Source of the DNA: an uncultured Gammaproteobacteria bacterium
GTDB lineage: Bacteria; Patescibacteriota; Microgenomatia; Levybacterales; GWA1-39-11
Reading direction: 5' to 3'
DNA length: 64,000 nucleotides
Assembly: GCA_964436385.1 (NCBI GenBank)
Contig: CAYTCO010000002.1
Location: 12,720-76,719, forward strand
The notes under the pieces were generated by a model. That model had not been told where the DNA came from. It saw only the letters and a list, made by a program, of their open reading frames with translations, and did not search any database. A program made the translations under genes and the position numbers. Shown in pieces: positions 33,642 to 43,382 of this stretch. Position 1 is the first letter of the stretch. Every line of letters starts with the position of its first letter.

Positions 33642-34932
33642 ACTGACCCCCTTTCCCGAAGCGGATTGACGTAGCATTTGCATGGGCTGGAAGTTGCTCT
33701 ACAGTGGCTACAGTTTCAATTGACTTTTTGATTGTGAAAAGACCTTTTTTTGTGCATTTTTGGACCTGCATCCATTTTCCAAAGGAATCAACTCCAAGTG
33801 GGGGGTACATTTTCGCAAAGCCCCCGGTTGGTAAAACGTGATTTGCACCTGTTGCATAGTCTCCACTTGATTTAGTAGACCAATCTCCAAGGAATACAGA
33901 ACCTGCATTTGTGATCTTTTTGAGGACTGATTCGGGATTTTTGGTCATCAATTCTAAATGCTCTGGTGCATACTCATTGCAAAAATTAATTGCCTCATCT
34001 ATTGAATTAACTACGCTAACAAGCCCATATCTCTTCAAAGATTCTAAAATGCGGTCTTTGGTGTAGAGCTTTTTTGTTTGGATTTTAATTTCACGAATCG
34101 TTTGTTCTGCAATGGATTGTGAAGTGGTCAAAAGGACACATGCAGAATCTTCGCCATGTTCGCCATCGGCAAGTAGGTCTGCGGCAATATATGCAGGATT
34201 TGCTGTCTCATCTGCAATAATAAAAACTTCAGAAGGTCCTGCAGGCATGTCGATGCTAACTGTCTGCATTGCAAGGATTTTTGCTGCTGTGACTGATGCA
34301 TTTCCGGCACCAAATATTTTGTATACTTGCGGGATTGTTGTTGTGCCGTATGCCATCGCTGCAATTGCCTCAGCACCTCCAATTTTGTAAATTTTCTTTA
34401 TTCCTACCTCATTTGCAGCAACCAAAGTAGGAGCTGGTATTTTTCTGTTTCTTGCTGGTGAACACATAATAATTTCTTGACATCCTGCAATCTGGGCTGG
34501 AATAGCGCTCATAAGAACAGAGGATGGGTAGATAGCCTTGCCACCAGGGATGTATAGGCCGACCTTATCAATTGGACGCCAAACCCGATATACTTTTATT
34601 CCTGTTTCGGGATAAACAGTTGTATCAACTTTTCTCGGAAGCTGTGCCTTGTGGACCGAGGCAATATTTTTCTTCATTTGACGTATTCCTGATATAAAAT
34701 CGGCATCAACAGTCCCATACGCTTCATCTATTTCCTCTGTAGTTATTTGGAGTGGTAGTGGAGCACCAAATCTTTTTACGATCATTTCAAGGAGTGCTAG
34801 GTCTCCTTTCTCGCGTACTTCATTCATTATTGACTGAACGTTTGGCAGTATTTCTGTATTTTGACCTACAGACCGTTGCATAATGCGTTTATAGTCTTTT
34901 GCCTTTATATTATTAAGTTTTGTAATGTTCAT
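33595..34932 (-). CDS. hisD: histidinol dehydrogenase
   Basis: YIPGGKAIYPSSVLM, GGAEAIAAMAYGT, IDMPAGPSEV, YAPEHLEL and GDYATGANHVLPTGG. Start moved to ATG 34932 because the longer track ORF runs through a terminator hairpin. Confidence 0.85.
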   Translation of the reverse strand: MNITKLNNIKAKDYKRIMQRSVGQNTEILPNVQSIMNEVREKGDLALLEMIVKRFGAPLPLQITTEEIDEAYGTVDADFISGIRQMKKNIASVHKAQLPRKVDTTVYPETGIKVYRVWRPIDKVGLYIPGGKAIYPSSVLMSAIPAQIAGCQEIIMCSPARNRKIPAPTLVAANEVGIKKIYKIGGAEAIAAMAYGTTTIPQVYKIFGAGNASVTAAKILAMQTVSIDMPAGPSEVFIIADETANPAYIAADLLADGEHGEDSACVLLTTSQSIAEQTIREIKIQTKKLYTKDRILESLKRYGLVSVVNSIDEAINFCNEYAPEHLELMTKNPESVLKKITNAGSVFLGDWSTKSSGDYATGANHVLPTGGFAKMYPPLGVDSFGKWMQVQKCTKKGLFTIKKSIETVATVEQLPAHANATSIRFGKGGQYGKRKYTTKTNSKSL

Positions 34933-34950
34933 ATTTTTTGTTATAGTCAC

Positions 34951-34978
34951 AAAAAAACCGCCTATTGGGCGGTTTTTT
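34951..34978 (-). terminator. rho-independent terminator (bidirectional A/T-flanked hairpin)
   Basis: AAAAAAACCGCC-TATTG-GGCGGTTTTTT. On the minus strand it follows the TrpR-like gene that ends at 35047. Confidence 0.7.
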
Positions 34979-35046
34979 AGTGGTTTTTCCACTAAATTAC
35001 ACCGCTTTAGAAGCGATGTAGTGGTGTGTATAACTTAATTTATTAT

Positions 35047-35325
35047 TCATATTCTTTTTAGGACTATTTTGTATCCTCCCATTCCATTTGTTAGCCATTT
35101 TTGAATTCTGGCAATCGTAGTGCTACTCATCCCTGTTAATTTTGCAATTTCCAAGTATGGTTTTTTCTCTTGTAAGAGTTTGGCAACCTCAAGACGATTT
35201 GAAAATTCTTTAATTTCCGCCTCGGTTAGTAAATCTCTTAAAAGCTTTTTGCACTCCTCTTCTGTTTTGAGAGAGAGTAGTGCTTTATAAAGCTGCTTTG
35301 ATTTATGGTCGGATAGTAAATCCAC
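35047..35325 (-). CDS. TrpR/YerC-YecD-like DNA-binding protein
   Basis: 92 aa. LLRDLLTEAEIKEFSNRLEVAKLL...YLEIAKLTGMSSTTIARI. Confidence 0.65.
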   Translation of the reverse strand: MDLLSDHKSKQLYKALLSLKTEEECKKLLRDLLTEAEIKEFSNRLEVAKLLQEKKPYLEIAKLTGMSSTTIARIQKWLTNGMGGYKIVLKRI

Positions 35326-35375
35326 TTTATTAAGATAAAGTATAATACTTTATTTAACTAAAGTCAAGCTTTAGT

Positions 35376-35738
35376 CTAGCCTTTGAAGTTTCGGCCTTGT
35401 TCTGCGCGGCCGATTGCTTGACGGCTTGCTTCATCTAGTTTTTTCTTAGGCTTTCCGTTTTGCATTTCATCCATTTTCTCATGAGGAGCTATCACTTCAG
35501 GACCTTTCTTCTGTTCATTTTGGGCTCTAATAGCTTGGATTTCAGCTTCAAGCTCTTTAATTCTGGCGTGGGTTGCTGCTTTTTCTATTCTCTTTTCTTT
35601 TTCACGCTCCTCAGTATCATGCTTTAATACTTGGCCGGCAGCACTGGCCACTATGCCTTTCGGAACAGAGGCAATTTGCTTTACGGTTTCGCGACCCAAA
35701 TCCTGCAGGCCTCCTTTTATTGAATCACCATCACCCAT
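35376..35738 (-). CDS. hypothetical Lys/Glu-rich coiled-coil protein
   Basis: 120-aa ORF. No motif recognised. Confidence 0.45.
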   Translation of the reverse strand: MGDGDSIKGGLQDLGRETVKQIASVPKGIVASAAGQVLKHDTEEREKEKRIEKAATHARIKELEAEIQAIRAQNEQKKGPEVIAPHEKMDEMQNGKPKKKLDEASRQAIGRAEQGRNFKG

Positions 35739-35822
35739 AAGTTATTATTTATTATCTAATATTTAACATATATTAGAAAGACCGGATAATAAATAGTAAA
35801 TATTAAATGTTAAATATTGTAA

Positions 35823-36950
35823 TCACTGCGTTGGGGCTTCTTTAAGTACCACCTTAATGTCTTTTGTCTCCCCATTTGTGTAAAGAGAAATTGCAAGACT
35901 GTCGCCGACCTTTTTCTTTGAAATGAGGATTGCAAGAGTGCTGTCAGTTGCATTTATTTGTTTGCCATCAATTTTTGTGATGATATCTCCAACTACAATT
36001 CCCGCTTCTTCAGCAGATGAGTCTTCAATTACTTGCTGGACAAGTGCTCCTTGAGGAATTTCATTAAGCAAAGCTGCTCTTTGTGAAATTATGCTATATG
36101 AAATACCTAAAAATGGTCTTGAGAATTGGCCGGTATTATTGAAGTTGTCGAGTGATTCTTTGACGATATCAATTGGTATTGCAAAACCTATATTTTGTCC
36201 TTGGCCAGAGACAGCAGTATTGACTCCAATCACTTGCCCGCCGGCATTGAGAAGAGGTCCACCTGAGTTACCTGGATTTATCGCAGCATCTGTTTGTATA
36301 ACGTTATCAAGCCTCTCAGTAAATCCTCTAAATGAACTGCCTGCAGTTATTCCTCGTCCAAGTCCAGAGACAACACCAGTCGTAACAGTGTTTCTAAATT
36401 CACCAAGAGCTGTTCCAATTGCAATTACTGATTGGCCAACTTGAAGATTCGAAGATGATCCAAGTGAAATCTCAGGGAAACCTGTTGTAGGTGGATTTTT
36501 TACAGAAATGATGCTTATATCATTTGACGGATCTCTATAAATTTTATCAACATCATACTTTTTCCCTTTTTCATCAACTACGAAATATTGTCCCTGAGCA
36601 CTAACAACATGCTTGTTTGTAACAATAATTCCTTCTTTTTTAATTACAAATCCTGTTCCTATATATTGTTCTTGCTCTTTTTCACTTTCTTCCTCAACCT
36701 CCCCAAAATATTGAGAGAAGGGATCGAAAGTGCTTGTAGCATTGTCTTTAATGCCGATGGTCACAACTGTAGGGCTCACTTTTTTTACAACATCAATAAC
36801 GTTTGATTCTTCATTGACGATCTTTACTTTTTCCTCTGAAATGACGTTTTTAAGACTTAGAAGATTTGGAAGACTTTTGGACTTTAAGATAATGTCCCAG
36901 GAAAAAGCTATGACAATAAGAATGATCAGTAAAGCCAACAGTTTTTTCAT
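35823..36950 (-). CDS. htrA: HtrA/DegP-family serine protease with PDZ domain
   Basis: N-terminal TM helix, TNKHV (His), a DISII Asp region, GNSGGPLLN (Ser) and a C-terminal PDZ domain. Confidence 0.9.
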   Translation of the reverse strand: MKKLLALLIILIVIAFSWDIILKSKSLPNLLSLKNVISEEKVKIVNEESNVIDVVKKVSPTVVTIGIKDNATSTFDPFSQYFGEVEEESEKEQEQYIGTGFVIKKEGIIVTNKHVVSAQGQYFVVDEKGKKYDVDKIYRDPSNDISIISVKNPPTTGFPEISLGSSSNLQVGQSVIAIGTALGEFRNTVTTGVVSGLGRGITAGSSFRGFTERLDNVIQTDAAINPGNSGGPLLNAGGQVIGVNTAVSGQGQNIGFAIPIDIVKESLDNFNNTGQFSRPFLGISYSIISQRAALLNEIPQGALVQQVIEDSSAEEAGIVVGDIITKIDGKQINATDSTLAILISKKKVGDSLAISLYTNGETKDIKVVLKEAPTQ

Positions 36951-37090
36951 AATAATGATTAGATCACATCAACTTTAAATTATCCTTAAAAAAGTAAAGT
37001 TGTCAAGAATGTACTTGTTGTACTTGTAATTTAAGTTCGCATACGGTATTATATGTTGAATCTTTGACCGTGTGGTTGGAGATTTTTTAC

Positions 37091-37366
37091 ATGTCAAGAA
37101 AATACAGATTAGTTCTAATATTTAAAAGCGAAATCAAAAAAGAAGCTAAAGAAAAGCTCATAACTCAAATTAAGGGTTGGGGAGGGAAAATTTCTGCTGA
37201 AAAAGTAACCGAACTCGGCGAGAAGAAATTTGCTTACCCAATAAAAGGGGCGTTAAAAGGAGACTATGTATTGGTTGAATTTGAAAGCGACTCAGTTTCA
37301 AGTGAATTAGACAGCAAGGTAAGAATTCATGAAGACATATTAAGACATCTATTGGTTAGAGACTAG
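37091..37366 (+). CDS. rpsF: 30S ribosomal protein S6
   Basis: MSRKYRLVLIFKS...FAYPIKG...GDYVLVEFE, in an rpsF-ssb-rpsR arrangement. The track ORF starts earlier, at 37064. Confidence 0.8.
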   Translation: MSRKYRLVLIFKSEIKKEAKEKLITQIKGWGGKISAEKVTELGEKKFAYPIKGALKGDYVLVEFESDSVSSELDSKVRIHEDILRHLLVRD

Positions 37367-37368
37367 GT

Positions 37369-37869
37369 ATGGCACGAAGCTTAAACAGAGTACAATTGAT
37401 CGGAAACTTAACGCGAGATCCGGAGTTGAGGTACACACCTCAGGGAACAGGAGTTTGCACATTTGGGTTGGCGACTAACAGAAGCTGGACTACTGACAAC
37501 GGAGACAAAAAGGATGAAGCAGAGTACCATAAGATTGTTGCTTGGAATAAGTTGGGAGAACTTTGTTCACAACTTCTTTCAAAGGGAAGAAAGGTTTATG
37601 TTGAGGGGAGACTCGCAACGCGAAGCTGGACGGGTCAGGATGGAGTACAAAAAACAACCACAGAAATTGTGATTGACGACATGATTATCCTAGATTCGAG
37701 AAAAGAAGGAGTTGAGCAGACCGCTCCGCAAGACATGTCATACGGCGAAGGGGTAGAGGATCAAGATTCGGAAGAGTCAAAACCGAAGGCAAATAAAGCT
37801 GAAAAAAAAGAAGAGAAGGTAGAAAAAGTTGAATCAGACGAAGTAAACCCTGATGATATACCTTTTTAG
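37369..37869 (+). CDS. ssb: single-stranded DNA-binding protein
   Basis: OB-fold N-terminus (LNRVQLIGNLTRDPELRYT), an acidic tail and the terminal DDIPF. Confidence 0.9.
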   Translation: MARSLNRVQLIGNLTRDPELRYTPQGTGVCTFGLATNRSWTTDNGDKKDEAEYHKIVAWNKLGELCSQLLSKGRKVYVEGRLATRSWTGQDGVQKTTTEIVIDDMIILDSRKEGVEQTAPQDMSYGEGVEDQDSEESKPKANKAEKKEEKVEKVESDEVNPDDIPF

Positions 37870-37908
37870 GAAATAGACAAAAGACATTAGACAGTAGACA
37901 AATAAATT

Positions 37909-38160
37909 ATGAAGAAAAACAAGATAGTTAAAAAGAGAAGGAATATGAGAGAAGTTGCAAAAGAGTGCTTCTTTTGTAAAGAGAAAAGAAATCCAGACTT
38001 TTTGGATAGTGAGAACTTGAAGAAATTCATCTCAGAACGCGGTAAAATTCAAAGTCGTCAAAGAACTGGTGTGTGCAGCAAGCATCAAAGAAAATTAACA
38101 GTTGCAGTTAAGCGTGCAAGACTTCTTGCGCTTCTACCATTCATAGTAAGGGCCGAATAA
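37909..38160 (+). CDS. rpsR: 30S ribosomal protein S18
   Basis: CFFCKEK...[36 protein letters not shown]. Confidence 0.9.
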   Translation: MKKNKIVKKRRNMREVAKECFFCKEKRNPDFLDSENLKKFISERGKIQSRQRTGVCSKHQRKLTVAVKRARLLALLPFIVRAE

Positions 38161-38314
38161 TTATTCCGCTGTCTTTATCTACTTGTTTCATAACGTTTAG
38201 AAATAGTATTATTAGTACTACGTTTCTTGTTTTGATTTCAGTTGATTTTAAGTTACCTAGAATATTCTTGTTTCTGACTGATCACCAAACACTAAAAACT
38301 AATCACTAATTTTA

Positions 38315-39607
38315 ATGAGATCACAAATAAAACTTCGAGTTTTTCAACTTATTGTCATAGTCCTTCTCTCTCTAGGAATCGGGTTTATCATAGGAAATTA
38401 CAAAATTACAGCTTCCTGGAACAAATACAAACCAATAATAGGAATAACAAATCAAAATCCACCCGACTCAAAAAATCTTGACATGAAGCTTTTCTATGAC
38501 GTTGTTGAAAAGCTTAACCTCATGTATTTTGATAAATCAAAAATTGATGCCAACAAAATGGTAGGTGGTGCAATAAGCGGCATGGTCTCAAGTCTTGGAG
38601 ACCCATATACATCTTATTTCCCACCAAAAAAACATGAAGAATTCAAAACCCAAATGGCAGGAGAATTTTCAGGCATTGGGGCCGAGCTTTCTGTAAACGA
38701 GCAAGGCATAATAATTGTTGTTTCTCCTCTTGATGGTTCTCCTGCACAAAAAGCTGGAGTTAGAAGCGGCGATAGTATTATAAGAGTTGAGGGAAAGTCG
38801 ACTGGTGGTTGGGATTTAGCAAAAGCTGTTGAAAATATACGCGGCCCCAAAGGGTCGAAAGTTAAAATAACAATTGTTCATGCGACAGAAAAAACTCCAA
38901 TAGACCTGACCATAACACGAGACACAATCCAAGTTAAAAGCGTTTCTAGCTGGATAAAGCAATTTGATTGCAGTAAAAATGATACCTGTGTTCCAACAAC
39001 CAACTGTGCGTCTTGCGCAACAATTGCTTATGTTAGGATTTCTCAGTTTGGAGACAAGACAAATGACGAATGGCTTCAAGCTGTAAATAAGATATTGCCT
39101 GAGGTAAAGAAGATCGTAAATTTCAAGGGAATTGTTTTGGATGTTAGAAATAATCCAGGAGGATATATGCATGATGCTGTTTATATAGCATCAGAATTTG
39201 TAAAGAGCGGACCGATTGTTAAGCAAAGAGATGGTAATAACAACACGGAATCGATGGATGTTAATAGGACCGGGGTTCTACTTGAAACACCTCTCACCGT
39301 TCTTATAAATAAGGGTTCTGCTTCTGCTTCAGAAATAGTTTCTGGAGCCCTTCAAGATTATGGTCGCGCAAAATTGGTCGGTGAACAATCTTTTGGAAAA
39401 GGGACAGTGCAGCAAGCAGTTGACGTTGAAGGGGGGGGTAGTGTGCATATATCAATCGCAAAGTGGTTAACACCAAAAGAACGTTGGGTTCACGATAAGG
39501 GACTTACCCCAGATATTTTAATCGCTTATGATGCTTCAGAATCTGCAAAAATGAAAGATGAGACCGATAATCAAATACGACGAGCAGTCTACGAACTCGC
39601 AAAGTAA
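38315..39607 (+). CDS. ctpA: carboxy-terminal processing (S41) peptidase with PDZ domain
   Basis: N-terminal TM helix, a PDZ domain (GDSIIRVEG), LDVRNNPGG and GSASASEIV...GTVQ. Confidence 0.85.
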   Translation: MRSQIKLRVFQLIVIVLLSLGIGFIIGNYKITASWNKYKPIIGITNQNPPDSKNLDMKLFYDVVEKLNLMYFDKSKIDANKMVGGAISGMVSSLGDPYTSYFPPKKHEEFKTQMAGEFSGIGAELSVNEQGIIIVVSPLDGSPAQKAGVRSGDSIIRVEGKSTGGWDLAKAVENIRGPKGSKVKITIVHATEKTPIDLTITRDTIQVKSVSSWIKQFDCSKNDTCVPTTNCASCATIAYVRISQFGDKTNDEWLQAVNKILPEVKKIVNFKGIVLDVRNNPGGYMHDAVYIASEFVKSGPIVKQRDGNNNTESMDVNRTGVLLETPLTVLINKGSASASEIVSGALQDYGRAKLVGEQSFGKGTVQQAVDVEGGGSVHISIAKWLTPKERWVHDKGLTPDILIAYDASESAKMKDETDNQIRRAVYELAK

Positions 39608-39681
39608 GCCGGGCTTGCTTTGCTAATGAAACTCGCAAAGTAAGCCGGGCTTGCTTTGCTAATGAAACTCGCAAAGTAAGC
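39595..39681 (+). repeat. 36-bp tandem repeat, about 2.4 copies, duplicating the ctpA 3' end plus a hairpin
   Basis: The unit ACTCGCAAAGTAAGCCGGGCTTGCTTTGCTAATGAA starts at 39595, 39631 and 39667 (partial copy). Each full unit contains the hairpin GCAAAGTAAGC-CGG-GCTTGCTTTGC. Confidence 0.85.
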
Positions 39682-39717
39682 TTGACTCCTGTTTTTTAAA
39701 TGTAAAATTCAATTAAT

Positions 39718-39966
39718 ATGACACATGAACTGCGTCCTTATTCTGAGCGAAATCCTATGGTAGTATCTGCTTTTCGTAGTATGCTTTCAATCGAACAAAG
39801 ACATGCTTCTAAGCTATCTCAGGCAATTGAAGTCGTTCTGGAAAATAGAAGTGGAAGAGAGAATCCTGCATCAGGTGGTGTTTATGATGGACTACAGCAA
39901 GAACTGAGCAGTGCAAATGAAAACGTCGTGATGTACGCAGCGGAAATAGCAATAGCACGAAAGTAA
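39718..39966 (+). CDS. hypothetical protein
   Basis: 82-aa ORF. No motif recognised. Confidence 0.4.
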   Translation: MTHELRPYSERNPMVVSAFRSMLSIEQRHASKLSQAIEVVLENRSGRENPASGGVYDGLQQELSSANENVVMYAAEIAIARK

Positions 39967-40021
39967 TTCCACTTACTTTACCACCTCAAATCAGGTATAA
40001 TTAACCTCATAGCAAATAAAT

Positions 40022-41413
40022 ATGCAACTATACAATACATTTACCAGGGAACTTGAGGAATTCAAGCCAATTGCGGGCAAAAAAGTTACCATTTACACTT
40101 GTGGACCAACCGTCTATCGGGATGTTCACATCGGAAATCTCAGAACCTACTTAACAACTGATATCTTAAGAAGAGTTTTGAGGGCAAACGAGTATGAGGT
40201 TACATCAGTTATGAATATAACTGACGTTGGTCACTTTAGGTTTTCAAATGACAGCAACAAAGTTATCGATCCCGTGATTGAGGAAGCAAATAAAATGGGA
40301 GTAACGCCACTTGAACTTTCAAAGACCTATACAGACAAATTCCTAAAAGACGCAGACAAACTAAATATAATGCATCACGATGAGTTGCCAAAAGCCTCTG
40401 ACCACATTGAGGAAATGATAGAGGTAATAAAGGTTCTAATTGAGCGTAGTTTTGCATACGAGACAGGTGGTAACGTTTATTTTAAAGTCGAGAAATTTGC
40501 TGATTACGGAAAGTTATCCGGTAACACATTGGATAAGATGGACCAGCTTTTAGAAGCTGTAAGAGTAAGCGTTGAAACAGACAAGAAGGATAGTGCTGAT
40601 TTTGCTTTGTGGAAAAAGGCGGAGGATAGAGTTATGACTTGGGAGAGCCCCTGGGGAATGGGAGTGCCAGGATGGCACATTGAGTGTAGTGTTATGTCAA
40701 TGAAATATTTGGGCGTGTCGATTGACATTCATGCAGGCGGTGAAGATTTGGTCTTCCCTCATCATGAAGATGAAATAGCTCAATCAGAGGCTTTTTCAGG
40801 TGAGAAATTTGTCAATAATTGGGTGCATACAAGCTTCTTGTCTGTTGATGAAGAGAAAATGTCCAGGTCAAAGGGAAATGTTTTTATCCTTTCGGATCTT
40901 ATAAAAAAAGGATTTAACCCTTTAGCATTTAGATACTTAACATACCAGACGCATTATAGAGCAAAGATGAATTTTACATGGGAGGGCTTAGAAGCAGCAT
41001 CCACTGCTCTTAAAAAACTTTATGATATTGCAGGTAAACTTCCTGAAGGTGAAGGGTATGCCGATAAATATGAAGTAGAGTTTCTGCATGTTCTAAATCA
41101 GGATTTAAATATGCCAAAAGCTTTGGCAATTCTATGGGCGATGTTAAGGTCTGATATTCCAGATGAAAAAAAAGCAGCTGCGCTTTCTCGGATGGATGAA
41201 GTATTAGGTCTTAACATACTTGAAACTTCAAAGATAATGAATGATGTGCCCGAAAGCGTATTGACTCTTTCTCGCGAGAGGGAAAAGCTAAGATACGAAG
41301 GTAGATTTATGCTAGCTGATCAGCTTAGGCATAAGATAGAAGCAATGGGATTTGAGGTTTTGGATAGTCGTGAAGGGAAAAAAGAAATTACAAAAATTAC
41401 CCGCAAGATTTAG
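40022..41413 (+). CDS. cysS: cysteinyl-tRNA synthetase
   Basis: CGPTVYRDVHIGNLR (HIGH region), WHIECS and KMSRSKGN (KMSKS). Confidence 0.95.
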   Translation: MQLYNTFTRELEEFKPIAGKKVTIYTCGPTVYRDVHIGNLRTYLTTDILRRVLRANEYEVTSVMNITDVGHFRFSNDSNKVIDPVIEEANKMGVTPLELSKTYTDKFLKDADKLNIMHHDELPKASDHIEEMIEVIKVLIERSFAYETGGNVYFKVEKFADYGKLSGNTLDKMDQLLEAVRVSVETDKKDSADFALWKKAEDRVMTWESPWGMGVPGWHIECSVMSMKYLGVSIDIHAGGEDLVFPHHEDEIAQSEAFSGEKFVNNWVHTSFLSVDEEKMSRSKGNVFILSDLIKKGFNPLAFRYLTYQTHYRAKMNFTWEGLEAASTALKKLYDIAGKLPEGEGYADKYEVEFLHVLNQDLNMPKALAILWAMLRSDIPDEKKAAALSRMDEVLGLNILETSKIMNDVPESVLTLSREREKLRYEGRFMLADQLRHKIEAMGFEVLDSREGKKEITKITRKI

Positions 41414-42180
41414 TCTAGCTTCACATGTGACTGCATCTCTTTGGATGGAGGAACGTCCTCAAAATGAATTATTCTAATTGCCGAAAGCATATTCTTGTCA
41501 GTTTTGCCTAAGAATCCAATAGCAAGGACTCTTGCATTCTCCTCAAGCTTTGAGAAGCCTGATTTAACAAGGTTGCCGTCGATATCAGCAAGGCTGGTTT
41601 TGGTTGAGCTTTGAATATCGACAGTTTTCTTCTCTCCTTTGGCATTTACGATCACTATCTGGAACTCATCCTCATCAACGGATTGAATTGCTCCCTCAAA
41701 GTAAAAAGGAATCGTGTTTATGGTATTAACACTCCTTGCAAGCAGCCGCTGGGTTTCTTTATTAAATATTCCAACGAAAGAATAAGTACTGCCTTTTTTA
41801 AGATCTGAAATTCCGGCATCATCATCTGATATGTCGAATTTAGTGAGCTCATCAACGTCAACCTGTCTGATATTTTCCTTTATGTCTTTGACGGTTATTT
41901 TCATGCCAGACACTTCAGTAATAGTTGCAACAATTCCTCTTTTCTCAACAAGGTTAAGTTCGGCAACTTTACTTGCAACAATATCTTTAATCTTTTGAAC
42001 CTTTTCAAGTTCTTCGTCATTTTCAGGTACAGGATTTGAAGGTTTTGCAGAAGGAGTAGGGGAAGCTTTTGTGCTCTGCGCAAGAATAGGAGCTGGTAGC
42101 TGGTAGCTAGTAGCTAGGGCAAGGACTAATAGTATTAATAATATTTTTTTAAAGTTTTTCATTTTTGTTCTAACTCCCAA
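41410..42180 (-). CDS. hypothetical secreted protein
   Basis: 256 aa with an N-terminal signal-like helix (KKILLILLVLALATS). No motif recognised. Confidence 0.5.
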   Translation of the reverse strand: MGVRTKMKNFKKILLILLVLALATSYQLPAPILAQSTKASPTPSAKPSNPVPENDEELEKVQKIKDIVASKVAELNLVEKRGIVATITEVSGMKITVKDIKENIRQVDVDELTKFDISDDDAGISDLKKGSTYSFVGIFNKETQRLLARSVNTINTIPFYFEGAIQSVDEDEFQIVIVNAKGEKKTVDIQSSTKTSLADIDGNLVKSGFSKLEENARVLAIGFLGKTDKNMLSAIRIIHFEDVPPSKEMQSHVKLD

Positions 42181-42202
42181 CTTCTAATCCCAAACTCCCA
42201 AT

Positions 42203-42631
42203 CTAGAATTCCTCTGTCGAGTATGTTACTGTTCTTATGTCTTCCGCAGAGTTTCCAGATGGTGCTATCGCTCTTGTTCTTATTTCATTTGCTCCGGCAT
42301 CAATATCTATTGTAGCCGAGAAATCACCGTCTCGCGATGGCTTAATCTGTATATCTTCAAGGTTTGTTGAGATAACAATCAAATTCTCAGGATTTGAAGA
42401 TCCCTTTATGGATAATGTTCTTTTGTTGGTAAGGGACTCATCTTTTGGTTCTGAAATCGTTATAAAAAGTCCGCTTTCGTCCTTATTTTGCTGAGGAGTA
42501 ACTGTAACTGTTTGGGTCGTTGTTGGTGTATCGTTGATCTTTTTTGTCGACTGGTAAATAAAGAACCCGGCTGAAGTTATGAATAGACCTGCAACTATTG
42601 CAACAAAAATTATTATTAAGCGTTCCTTCAT
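42203..42631 (-). CDS. hypothetical membrane-anchored protein
   Basis: 142 aa with an N-terminal TM helix and a beta-rich C-terminal domain. Confidence 0.5.
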   Translation of the reverse strand: MKERLIIIFVAIVAGLFITSAGFFIYQSTKKINDTPTTTQTVTVTPQQNKDESGLFITISEPKDESLTNKRTLSIKGSSNPENLIVISTNLEDIQIKPSRDGDFSATIDIDAGANEIRTRAIAPSGNSAEDIRTVTYSTEEF

Positions 42632-42770
42632 ATGTTTATTATAAACGGCAGGAAATAAAATGGTCGAATAAATTCGAGGTACGGGCTAGGAGATATTAGT
42701 AGATTCTATACATCTTGTCAAGGCAGAGTAGTTAGTGTTAAGATATATAACTTCTGACAGGAAACCTAAT

Positions 42771-43268
42771 ATGGAGCTTTCACAACCAGCAAATTCAACA
42801 TTAAAAATAAATACAAAAAAAGGTTATATTCTTGTTGACCCTGACACCTCTGAGGAAGCGAAGATTGTTATTCTTAGTGATGATTCCGAAAAAGACATTG
42901 TGCAGACATCAGATAATTTAGTAATTTATGGACCAGGGGATTATGAAGCAAGTGGAATACTTATAAAAGGAACTAGAAACGATTTTGAGACAATGTACTC
43001 AGTCGATACAGGTGAGGGTAGGGTATTAGTTGTTCAGTCGGGTTCAATTTCAAAGCTAGCGGATGAAGAGGACTATGATGCAGTGGTTGTAAGATCTGTT
43101 TCTGAAGTGGATGAGGCGGCATTATCCGCAATCACCTCAAAGCTAGTCGTTGTATATGGGGATCCGTCCTTTATTCCCGAGGCAGTCAAAGCAAATATGG
43201 TAAATAAAATTAATTTAAAGAAATTGGACGAGTTGACAACCAACGTAGTGTACCTGGAAAAGAAATAA
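42771..43268 (+). CDS. hypothetical protein
   Basis: ORF upstream of dnaB. Start set at MELSQP; the track start is 42735. No catalytic motif recognised, and it is not L9. Confidence 0.45.
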   Translation: MELSQPANSTLKINTKKGYILVDPDTSEEAKIVILSDDSEKDIVQTSDNLVIYGPGDYEASGILIKGTRNDFETMYSVDTGEGRVLVVQSGSISKLADEEDYDAVVVRSVSEVDEAALSAITSKLVVVYGDPSFIPEAVKANMVNKINLKKLDELTTNVVYLEKK

Positions 43269-43382
43269 GCACGAAGCACGAATTTCGAAGCACGAGACAA
43301 ATTCCAATAATAAAATCTCAAAAACACAAAGTTTCGAATTTCATATTTTTAATTTCGAATTTCTTTTTCAAAAAAAAGAAAT

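Noticed and set aside
34933-34992. A 20-codon N-terminal extension of hisD in the track ORF
   Set aside because: The extension reads through the AAAAAAACCGCC...GGCGGTTTTTT terminator of the upstream gene. The ATG at 34932 gives a normal HisD N-terminus.
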